This document shows positions 1-10,600 of a stretch of DNA of 64,000 bases, in pieces. Position 1 is the stretch's first letter; each line of letters opens with the position of its first letter. The position numbers were made by a program, and so were the translations under genes. Below the pieces are notes generated by a model that saw nothing but the letters and a program-made list of their open reading frames with translations, was not told where the DNA came from and ran no database searches. The DNA is from a virus: positions 1-64,000 of IMG/VR virus record IMGVR_UViG_3300045988_017048; one strand, written 5' to 3'.

Positions 1-1
1 A

Positions 2-388
2 TTATATGGTGAAAAAGATAACCTCTCATTAGAGGAAGACATGGCAGAGGGATTCAGAGAGTATGTAATGACAAGGCAGAATAGAGGCTTAGGCAAGAGA
101 ATACTTGATTTCTTCAAGGAACTCTTTACCAAGGTTACTAACTGGAATAACATAAGACCCTCTCTGATAGATTACTATAGAAGAATTAATGAGGGTAAAT
201 ATGCAGATAGCACATTCAAAGTTCCTACTATCAGTGAGTTGAGAGGTGCTACTTCAACTACCACTTCATTCAATACTCTAAGTGAGTCTGCACAAGAGGA
301 CCTATTGAAGAAAGGTTGGACAGCAGAGAAGTTTGATTCAATCTCCCAAGAGGAGAGAGACCAAGCTATTAAATGTATAGCCTTTTAG
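2..388 (+). CDS. C-terminal end of a rightward gene that starts upstream of the window; function unknown
   Basis: Frame is open from nt 2 (LYGEKDNLSLEED precedes the listed Met at 41); stop TAG 386-388; followed by an intrinsic terminator; last rightward gene before the convergent leftward genes. Confidence 0.5.
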   Translation, partial: LYGEKDNLSLEEDMAEGFREYVMTRQNRGLGKRILDFFKELFTKVTNWNNIRPSLIDYYRRINEGKYADSTFKVPTISELRGATSTTTSFNTLSESAQEDLLKKGWTAEKFDSISQEERDQAIKCIAF

Positions 389-412
389 TCAGTAGGATGA
401 AATTTTTTATTA

Positions 413-447
413 GGGAGGTAACAGAAATGTTACTTCCCTTTTATTTT
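413..447 (+). terminator. Intrinsic terminator of the rightward gene
   Basis: Hairpin GGGAGGTAAC-agaaat-GTTACTTCCC followed by TTTTATTTT. Confidence 0.7.
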
Positions 448-454
448 GTAGGAA

Positions 455-503
455 ATAAAAAAAAATAAGGGGAGGAGTAGAACTTAATCTACTCACTCCC
501 CTT
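455..503 (-). terminator. Intrinsic terminator of the leftward 1362-aa gene
   Basis: On the minus strand, hairpin AAGGGGAGTGAGTAG-attaagtt-CTACTCCTCCCCTT followed by ATTTTTTTTTATTT; starts about 20 nt after the stop at 524. Confidence 0.7.
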
Positions 504-523
504 TCTATTATTAACAATTAACT

Positions 524-3500
524 TTATTGCTTAAAGAATGGAATACTTTCTTCTGGGTGTAAACCTCTATATATAGTCTTATTCATAGGAATTAATGGAG
601 ACTCAAACCATAACTTAGTTGCTCTTGAATCACCTTTAAACCTACCTGACTGAATAATAGCATCTTCACCTGCAAAAGTTTCATAATTCATAGGATTTAG
701 TAGTCCTACCATATCCAAAACACTCTCTACAGTATTAATACCAGCAGCAGGAGATTTCAAGATTTTAAGAGCTTCTCCTACCATTTGAGGGCCTGGAACC
801 TGAGTACCAATTTCAGTATAAAGTCTTCTTGCTTGATACTCAATCATCTTCTGTAACCAAGGTCTATTCTTATTATCATCCCAATCCATGAGACCCAAGA
901 ATGCAGCAATAATTAAGAAGTGTCCTACCTCAGTGGCTGCTCTTTTAATATTAGCTTTCTCAGTCCTTGTAAGGTTTTTCCAATTAGCAGCTATTGCAAA
1001 TTGACCTTCCTTCAACTCTTTAGCTAATTGCCACATAAATCTTCCTGTAGTATTATAATAACCTTCCGTCCATGCTTGCAAATCATAGTTATATGTAGCA
1101 GACTTGAATCTTCTATTAAGTGAGGGTTTTATCCACTTTCTGAACATAACACCCATTCTACCTATAGCTAATCTTTGTACTGCACTTCTATCAGCCTTAT
1201 TGTAAATACCGTGCATTCTCTGATTTATAGCAGCAGATTTTCTACTAAATGCTATAATATCATCTCTTGTAAATGCAGACCCATCCTCCTTAGTATAACC
1301 TTGCTTTAACTGTAACTTAGCACCTAATTTCTTATTGTTCTTATCAATGGGAACCACTTCCATAGCATCCCACAAAGAAACTATTTTACCATCAGGAGCT
1401 TTCATCTTGTAAGCATCAGCAAGTGCTAATGAAGTTCTATTCTGCATCCAATGCTCACCAGCATTATTCATAAGGAACAGAGCAGAGGTACCAAACATTC
1501 TACTGAACCAAGTCTTCCTATCAAAGTTTACTTCTCTAACATCAGTTTCATATTCCTGCAATACATTGAATAACTCATCCCATAAAGCAAGCTTGCTTGT
1601 CTTGACTCTATTACCTATCTCAGCTAAGTACTCTGGTAATGCTTTACCATAATTCCTATCAGCATGTAGGGTATTGGATTCATTATAGAACTCACCTGCA
1701 AAGGACTCAATTCTCATCATAATTTTACCAGTAGTAACATTTGATATACCACTTAACAGGTTTAGGCCTAACATATTAAGAGAAGTTATCCTATTAACAA
1801 AGTTAGCTACCTTTCCTTTATCAATCTTGGTATTACCAAATGTGCCTTCATCAGCCATGTATCTGCCATAGACTTGCATTTCAAAGAAGTCATTTAGTCT
1901 CTGCATGGACTTTGTTTCATCACCAGATTTAGTGAGAGTAGATTCAACTTTCCTACCTACAGACTTGAACTTTTCAATCAATGGTTTACCACCTCTTGTC
2001 TGTATAATCTCCCTCTCCTTTAGCATGTCTCTGCCAAGCTCAAGAACATCAATTACTTTATTCATTTCATTGAAATCATTAGCCATAGCTGCATAAGCTG
2101 TAAGAGTAGAAACTATATCAGTAGATAGGTCATTAGGACTTTCACCCTCTTTCATCTTAGTATAGTAGATAGGAAGTACTTGTACCTCTTTACCTTCAAA
2201 GTCCTTTACTGTAGCTCTGTCTCCAAACTCAGTGTCATCTGTTCTTCTAATGAATTGGTCTTTAACAGCTTCCCATACTTGTGTACTACCTGACCTTACA
2301 CCATCAGATGCCTTTACTCTTTCAAGTAAGTCCTTTCTGATTTTAACTGCATTAGTTAAGGTAGTGTACTTGTCAGGAAGGTATGAATCCAGCTTAGCTT
2401 TTATCTCCATAACCTTGTTATAGTATTCTTTCTGGGCAGGATTCAAATTCTGATAAGCCTTATTGCCATAGATTGATACTTTAGGTTGCTTCTTTCCATT
2501 GACTACCTCCATATTAGCATCAAACCAAGCTTGTCTCTCTTTTCTGTACTTCTCTGCATTATCTCCTACAGGATTCTTGCCATACTTCTCATTGAGAGAC
2601 TTGAACATTTCTCTGACTTTCTCCTTGAATAGACCTTGGCTAACCTCAGAGATATAATTACCTGTAAGATTACCTTTGCTATCCCTTTCAAACATCCAAT
2701 CAGTGTTCTTAACTCCAGCTTGCTCTAACTTAATAGTAGCAGCTTGAAGCTCCTTCATAACATTGATAGTCTCCAACCTTGCATTTTCTTTACTCTTCTT
2801 GACAGCTTGGTCCATAACTTTCAGCATATAATCTGAAGAGTCTGCCATAGAGTCAAGCCATCTATCAAAGAAAGATATTTCTTTTTGATACCATTCTACC
2901 TTACCTTCTCTATCTTTTTTCACACCTTTAATAAGCTCTTCTATAGTTATAGTTTTATTTTTCCATTTACCAAAAGGAACAGTTATACTCTCTCCTACAA
3001 AAGGCTTAATGAAATCAACAAAAAGAGGCATTGCCACATTGTTATATCCGACAAACAAGTTTTCAAGTAGTGTAGTTGTGTTGTCTAACACAACCCTTAC
3101 CCTTTGACCATATCTATTGTCTGCATGCCTCTCTTCATCAATAAGAGCCTTCCTAATATCATCAGTAATATGCTTGTAACTATACAAGTAATTTCTGACA
3201 TCCCTTAGTACTCTGGCTCTCTCATTAACATTAGTAGCAGGAGTATTCTGCAACATAGTAAGTCTGTCACTTACCTTGGTTAATTCTTCAAGAGCATTCT
3301 CAACAAAAGTATAAATACCCTCAATCTCATTGTTATCAGTTAATTCAATATCCAATCTATCAATGAGTAACCTTTGATTAGCACTGAACTTGCTATTAGG
3401 ATTTCTCTTTTCATAAATCTTCAATCTCTTCAACTCGTTTTCAATGATTCCTTGAAGCAGCTTTTTATCTCTTGCAACTCTCTCTGAGGTATTATAAAAC

Positions 3501-4612
3501 ACCCCACTTGAAGTAATATTGCTAATGTCAATAGCCTCATCCATACTACCATCAAGGATTTGCTGTGCTAAAGAACCAAAGTTCTTGTCAGCCTCCCTCA
3601 TGGCTCTTTGTATAGGACTTGCATTCAGGTTCTTGAAGAAATTCTTGACTGCTTGAATTACTCTTTGCAGTAGATTCCCATAAGGAGCAGATGGAATATT
3701 TTCACCTTGAAGAAGATGCTTTGCAAGTAGTTTACCCGCAGCTTCCTTTGCCAACTTGGTCTCATCACTGTGATATAAAGTATCATAGGTATCATAGTCC
3801 TCACCTATAATTTTTCTTGCCAATCCATTGGAAGATATATTATTGATGAGTCTATTGATAAGTGGATTATCTCCCATAGCTTCAATGGCAAAGTGTGCAA
3901 ATTCCTCAGGAAGTGCTCTTTCACCATGAATACCATTAGCAAGCCTAATCATTTCAACAAGACCATTTGCTGCATTTCTTGCAACATCAAAGTCAGTTAC
4001 ACCATGAATACCCATTCTCTTTTCAAGGTCAGTCAAAGCACCTATCCCTACACCATGAGACTCAAGAATACCCCTCAACCTGTTATTAAGGTTTTCATTG
4101 TATTCCATCTTATCTGCATTGATAGAGTTAAGCCTATTTCTTCTTTCAACCTTTATTCCAATATGAACTTTTCCTGTTTCACTGTCTTGTATTTTGATTA
4201 CACTAGCCACATAATCATCCCTATACTCTGAGTTTTGATTAAAAGCTATAGCTCTTTGTTTCAGCTTCTGATAATTCTCATCATTGTTTACCCACAAGGC
4301 TGGCCTGTCCATCCCTTTCTTATAGTACCCTATTTCTCTATTGAGCCTTTCAAGTACCTTAGTCTCTGGAATAACCTTACTGAGATTAGTCTGCTTTAGC
4401 AAACTCCTCAATGTAGGCTCATTGTTTTCATCTAATGTTAATCTTGGATTCCAATCTCTTATAAAAGAGTCAGCTTTTGTAATAAGATATAGTCTTGTAG
4501 CTTCACTTCTATTGTTTGAAGTGAAGGACAGCAAGTCCTTAAATAACTTGCTGTCCACTACTTGACCATTCCTATTCTTTACCTTTGGTATAATTGCACA
4601 ACTTCTTGCCAT
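524..4612 (-). CDS. Very large protein of unknown function, directly downstream of the virion RNAP gene; probably virion-associated by analogy with crAss-like phages
   Basis: Uninterrupted 1362-aa ORF starting 18 nt after the 2553-aa gene ends; no motif recognised by eye. Confidence 0.75.
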   Translation of the reverse strand: MARSCAIIPKVKNRNGQVVDSKLFKDLLSFTSNNRSEATRLYLITKADSFIRDWNPRLTLDENNEPTLRSLLKQTNLSKVIPETKVLERLNREIGYYKKGMDRPALWVNNDENYQKLKQRAIAFNQNSEYRDDYVASVIKIQDSETGKVHIGIKVERRNRLNSINADKMEYNENLNNRLRGILESHGVGIGALTDLEKRMGIHGVTDFDVARNAANGLVEMIRLANGIHGERALPEEFAHFAIEAMGDNPLINRLINNISSNGLARKIIGEDYDTYDTLYHSDETKLAKEAAGKLLAKHLLQGENIPSAPYGNLLQRVIQAVKNFFKNLNASPIQRAMREADKNFGSLAQQILDGSMDEAIDISNITSSGVFYNTSERVARDKKLLQGIIENELKRLKIYEKRNPNSKFSANQRLLIDRLDIELTDNNEIEGIYTFVENALEELTKVSDRLTMLQNTPATNVNERARVLRDVRNYLYSYKHITDDIRKALIDEERHADNRYGQRVRVVLDNTTTLLENLFVGYNNVAMPLFVDFIKPFVGESITVPFGKWKNKTITIEELIKGVKKDREGKVEWYQKEISFFDRWLDSMADSSDYMLKVMDQAVKKSKENARLETINVMKELQAATIKLEQAGVKNTDWMFERDSKGNLTGNYISEVSQGLFKEKVREMFKSLNEKYGKNPVGDNAEKYRKERQAWFDANMEVVNGKKQPKVSIYGNKAYQNLNPAQKEYYNKVMEIKAKLDSYLPDKYTTLTNAVKIRKDLLERVKASDGVRSGSTQVWEAVKDQFIRRTDDTEFGDRATVKDFEGKEVQVLPIYYTKMKEGESPNDLSTDIVSTLTAYAAMANDFNEMNKVIDVLELGRDMLKEREIIQTRGGKPLIEKFKSVGRKVESTLTKSGDETKSMQRLNDFFEMQVYGRYMADEGTFGNTKIDKGKVANFVNRITSLNMLGLNLLSGISNVTTGKIMMRIESFAGEFYNESNTLHADRNYGKALPEYLAEIGNRVKTSKLALWDELFNVLQEYETDVREVNFDRKTWFSRMFGTSALFLMNNAGEHWMQNRTSLALADAYKMKAPDGKIVSLWDAMEVVPIDKNNKKLGAKLQLKQGYTKEDGSAFTRDDIIAFSRKSAAINQRMHGIYNKADRSAVQRLAIGRMGVMFRKWIKPSLNRRFKSATYNYDLQAWTEGYYNTTGRFMWQLAKELKEGQFAIAANWKNLTRTEKANIKRAATEVGHFLIIAAFLGLMDWDDNKNRPWLQKMIEYQARRLYTEIGTQVPGPQMVGEALKILKSPAAGINTVESVLDMVGLLNPMNYETFAGEDAIIQSGRFKGDSRATKLWFESPLIPMNKTIYRGLHPEESIPFFKQ

Positions 4613-4629
4613 GTTTATTCTATAAACCG

Positions 4630-7600
4630 TTATAAACTATATAATGTTGGAGCACCACAAATACTATCACCATTCTCATCCTTATACTCTGTATTAGGCT
4701 GAATAGATGTTACATCATCAGCCTTAGGAGCAGAAGTATCAAGAGGAGTACCATATACTTGTTGGAAAGCATCAGTATCTACTTGTGGAATAGAATCCCA
4801 ATACTCTTGAGGCATACCTTGATAATCAGGCATAGAATCATAATCAACCCCAGCATCCCCAAGGTCAAATCTTGACAATGTGTCTGCATAAGGGTCATAA
4901 TCTTTCCTGTTCTTATCAATTACAGTTTCCATCTCTTCTACATCCTTACCATACTCATATTCAATGAAGCTGTTTCTGAAACCTAATGGTTCAATCCTTT
5001 CATAGGTTGCAACATTGGCTTGTTCAGTACTTAATGAAGCCAGTTTGTAATAGATATATTTTCCTCTGATTCTCTTACCTATATACTTAAAGAAGTCATA
5101 AGCAGGACCATCAGGAGTATCTATCCTTTTCTTGATAACTTTCTTATCTCCAAAGGTAGTATTATCATCAATCACAAATGTAACTTCATCCTTAACTTCA
5201 TTGTCCTCTCCTATGAATTGGACAGAGGCTGTATCAGGGATTTCAGGAACCAACTTTCTATTATCCAAGTGGTTATAGACATATTGGTCTACAAATTGAC
5301 TATAATCATCACTTGATGACAAGAGAGTCCTCAATGTACTTATGTACCCTGGGATAGCATTTCTCACTGCCACAGGTGCCAAATGGATAAAGGTTGAAGG
5401 TCCAAATGCAAAGCCATTTCTATAATAGCTATACCTAAATAGATTAAGAGCAAGTTTCTGAGCTTCTGGGTTATTCATATATAATAGAGATGCCCAATCT
5501 CTCATATATCTTTCTCTCAAAGTAGGACTTAATTGACCAACATTCTTGAACACTACTGTGTCCACAGGATTATTGTCATTTGCCCTAATTACCTTGAGTC
5601 TCTTAATAAATTCAAGGTCAGCTATATCCTCATTATCTGTAACCACTCTCTTAAAGTATTCAGGAAAGTTATTGATAAAATCCTTCCTCTTATCTGAGGA
5701 AGTTACAATAGTATCACCTACTTCTGAGTCAGGGTTTACAATCAATTCAGAACCAAAGAAGTCATTCTTTGACATGATATAGGCAAGCAAATCATTATAA
5801 ATACTATTCATAGTCTTTACATTCAACTTACCAGTCTTAGTCATGTCTCTAAGGTCATCAATTACAGCTCTGAATGATTCAGTATATTGAGGGAAATAGG
5901 ATTTGAAAAAATCCTCTGTCCTCTGTAAACCAAGAGTATAGAAAGCCTGTAAGAAAGGAAGAGGAGCTGACAATAGTCTTTCTCTTAGAGTGCTAGTGTC
6001 AGGATTGTCTGATAGCAGACCATCAAGTATTACATTGGCATTCTTCAATGGGAACTTGGCATTATTCTCTATTTGGTCTAGCAGGTCTTTCACCTTCTGC
6101 ATCTTCAACTCTGTATCTGCAATAGTAGGGCCAGCAGCACCTCCTTGGGTATCAGACCTTGTAGCCTGTACTAACTGTCCTAAAGCATCAGCAGAGTTCA
6201 TAACTCTCTTGAACAAATATCCAACTGCAACTTGTTTCTGATAGAACTCAATCTTTCTGAAATCAGAGGTCTGAGACCTGTCAGCAACAGCTTCCTTAGC
6301 AAGCATTATATTGTCTGCAAGCTCTTCATTGTAGAAGCTATTATTCTTGTAGTTATCATAAGTCAAGTCATTATTAAGAGCAGCCTTCTCCTTGTACTTA
6401 TCCAGTACTTCATCAATGATAGTATCCTTACCTTTACCTTCTCTGCTCTCTCTGAAATAGGTCTGAGTAATCTCTTGTACAATAGGCTGCATCATCAACA
6501 GACCTATCTCAATAGGATTGTAACCTAATCTTGAAAGAAGCATAGAAGCATCAGCAGTGAAAGTATTCTGATTAAGTGCTGCAAGCACAGGGTCTTTAAC
6601 ATTATCCACAGAAGCAGCCAAGAATCCAGCATTATTCTTTGAGATAAATTCCTTGTCACCATTCATAATATCATGTAAAGATGTAAGTCTCTTTCCATTC
6701 AATACAAATGAGCCATTTTCTTCATCCAAAGCTAACTGAGTATGTTGCATCAAAGCATGGTTTGCATTATGGTTGGCATAAATACCAATCAACTTAGCAC
6801 CAGTCATGTTCTGTTGATGCAGCATTACCTGAGTTCTTGGTGATAATGGGTCCATCTTGACCTTTGTTTTCTCTGCCAACTTATCAAGAGTACCAAGGTC
6901 TAAGTCAAATAGATATGAAGCAATAGACTTAGGATAAGACTTTCCACCTTTTTGTACAGTCTTATTAAGTTCTACACCCACATCTTTAAGTGCTTGAGCC
7001 AAATCACTCTCATAAGAATCATTGAGAATAGTCATTATTCTTGCAGCTTTCTTCTGATAATCAAAACCACCTGGGTTAAGAATCTTTGAAGCTGTATCTG
7101 CATTAGTCAGAACTCCATACATCATGTCTATCAGCAAGTTATTTCTTGCTTCAAGACTATTCTCCTGCGGAGACTTATTGAAGTTATAATTTACCTTGCT
7201 TATAGTAGGCTTGGCAAGTCTGTACTTCTCTTTATTCTCCTTGAACCATTCCTTAAAGTCATCAGTATCTGCATTGAGAATATCCTCTGCTAATTGGCTA
7301 TTAGTGAATTGTGACAATACTTGATTGAATATACTATTCATTCTTGCATAGTCCTCTCTTGCCTGTCTCATATCATACTTCTTAACTCTGAACTCAGGTA
7401 ACATGATATACATCTTATCCACGTCAAAGTCAGAACCTGATAGAGTAGTAATCTCAGCAGGAAGCATAATTGCAGAACCATTCTGTTGAGGAAGGAATCC
7501 CTTAATATACAGAGGAGCCATTGAATATTTATCCTCTGTTGGAACTCTATATCCAATCAACTTTCTCAAATCATCAGGAAGTTTAGTTACATCAAGCTGG

Positions 7601-10600
7601 TGAGTATTTGGGTTCATGAGAGGCTCATAGAACTCTCTACTATATGCAGGCATATAGCACTCAAGATACTTAATCCTCTTGTTAGCACCTTCACCTTCAA
7701 ATACTATATGAAGCTCATCAGTCAAGCCATAATCAGATACCTGAATTAAAGCTCCACCTCTAATCTTCTGTTTAGTAATTCTACTCTTGATTACACTATT
7801 AAGAAGTGTCTGTACTCTTTGAGATTGTACAGGGTCAAAGAGAGGGATATTAAAGTTATTGTTCTCATCAAGAGTACAGGCCCTCATCATATCCATACCA
7901 TATCTTTGATTACCTCTTATCTCTTCAAGTAAGATTTCCTCTACTTTCTTTGGGTCTTTGAATATCTCATCTACATCAGCAAATGCTTGAAGAATGTTCT
8001 CAGTGTTGATAGCATTGTACAGGTCAAGCCACTCTCTCTTAGTCATCTTCTTACCATTAACCTCAATGATTGTATCATCAGAGATGTCAGCAGTAATTAG
8101 CTTTCTAATCTGAGTACCTACCAACTGAACTGCATCAATGGCATGTTCAGGAGTTGCAGTCTGAATACCATAATCTTCATAAGATACCTTATGTACTACA
8201 TTAGGATTCTCATTACCAAATCCAATACCTGTGGCATCTTTAAGTCTTTGGATTACATCAGCCTCTGTATTAATATCATTCAAATCTATCACACCTTGTT
8301 TTCCAACCTTAGTGGTAGATTCAAACTGAACTACATCAATCTGATTATCCTCCATAAACTTATTTATGGCTTTCAATTTACCTGACCTTCCTAAAGGACC
8401 AGCAATTAATTCGTGCATAGCAAGTAACAGGAACTCTGAGTTCTTATGCTGTACAGGGGTCTTAATTCCAGTATGGCCTTCAATGCCACTGTTATTGTTG
8501 ACCTGTGTATAGACATAAGGCTTCTTAGTCTGCCAAATGATATTGAAGTCCTTAATATTCCAATCTCCATTCTTGAAGTTGTTATATGCTTGCTCCATAT
8601 CATCTGTCCACTGACCTGACATACCAAGTATTGCCCTATAGGAACTCAAACTTCTATATGCCTGAGCATCTGCTACATTCACATTTCTAAACTTGCTGAT
8701 GATGTTATCCCTGTCTATCTTGGTCATTTCATTTCTTCTAACCCTTTCATCAAGTACAGTCTTGATGTCTTCAAGTACAGAGGATATTATCTCATCATCT
8801 TTCAAGTAGATGGTTCTTTCCCAATCCCTACCAATTCTCTCACCTTTGTAAGTAGCCTTAGTATTCAGTCTAAGGGCAGGAGCATGAACCTCCTTATATC
8901 TCTTCTGAAAGTCCTCAAGGTTCTTATAGAAAGCAAGGTCAGTAGTAGTAAGCTGGATAATTTGTGAAGTAGCTAACTTACTATTCCAATAGTACTCTCT
9001 AAGTGCATCCTTAGCATTATTCTTAACAAACAGGCTTCTTGAGATTGACTGAACATCTTTCAACTCCATCTCACCTCTTGTTGCCTTATCTGTAAGTAAT
9101 GCCTTGATTTGCTCCATTAAGCTATTAGCCTCTCTGTTATCAAAAGCACTATTATTGTTATAGGCTCTGAGCATTAGTTCCATATTGGTATTCCACAATG
9201 AACCTAAGGCATCTTTGGCCTTAGTAAGTGCTTTTGCAGTTATTGTATTCTGCTTGGACTGACCTTCAAATGGAAGATACTTGTATTTACCATTAGGAAG
9301 CTCATCCAAAAGTCCTACCCTTGACCAATCTCTGTAGGTCTGTTCAAAACCATCTTCCATCATGTCATTAAGGGCAGTTCTTAGGAAGTTCCTAAGTTCA
9401 GCACCAGTACCTTTGGATTTAAGTCTGCTTAGTCTATCAATGAATGTCTCTCCATTGTCATATCTGAGGTTGTTAAGTGCAGGAAGGAACTTAAATTCTG
9501 CACCTCCCATACTCTTTATATTACCATTCTTATCCCTGGCAATATCATAGTTAGCAATAGGCTCTACACCCTTATCTCCTCTCTGATAAGCTTCATCTCT
9601 TTCTCTAACCAGCATAATTCTGTCATACTCTTGATTAACCAAGTCCACTAACTTGTCAAGGATAACATCATCATAGGTTCTCTTCTTACCATTTTCATCA
9701 AGTACATCACCTGTTGTATACTTTCTGAATCTAATAAACTCAGCAGAAGGGCTATCTGAAAGAATAGGAACATGATACCAAGCATACTTTATACTTGACT
9801 TTGCAGAGTCAGGGTCTCCCCAATACTCTGTAAGAAGAGCTAAAGTATAGTCCAAATCATCCCAATTGGTATAGTCTACTTTGTCAGAGTTCAATACTAC
9901 TTTATGGTTAAGACCTTTTCTTAACTCATCAGACTCTGCAAGCTGTCTTAGCCAGTCATTTCTCCAATGGTCACTCTTAAAGAACCACTCATACTGTTTA
10001 AACTCAGTCTGCATAAACTGTTCAAATCTCTTCTTGTCATTCATAACATTCTTGAGATTCTTAATCAGCTTACCTAAGTAGTTAGGAGTAACATGAGAAT
10101 AGTAAGACTTATCATTCTCTCTGACACTACTTTCAATAGCATCCTCAGTAACTTCTGCCATCATACTTGCAATCATATTGTAAGCAGAGCCAAAAGTATT
10201 GATAAGGTCTCCTCTCTTTTCAGTGCCATCCTCCTTTGTCTCAGACTTAACTTCACCTTTCTTAATACCACTGAATATAATATTCAATTGTGGTAAAAGA
10301 AGCATGATTGGGTCAGTAAATGTGATACCTGGAGCTGTCTTTATATCAGTTAATGCAGTTTTCAATATAGAAGGATTGGCATCAATACCTAACATATGAA
10401 GCAACTTCATTATAGTATTCCATACATCTTCTCTCTCCAAGAGTTGAAGTCTGGATTCTGTATCAAGGTTCTGGAACATATTATTTAATGTTTCAGTCCA
10501 TTGTAAACCTTTAGCCGCATTATCCTTGTTTATTTCCCCATTCTTCTCATATACACTATCATCATCAAGCTGTACTCCATTCTCATAGTTATCTCTCCAA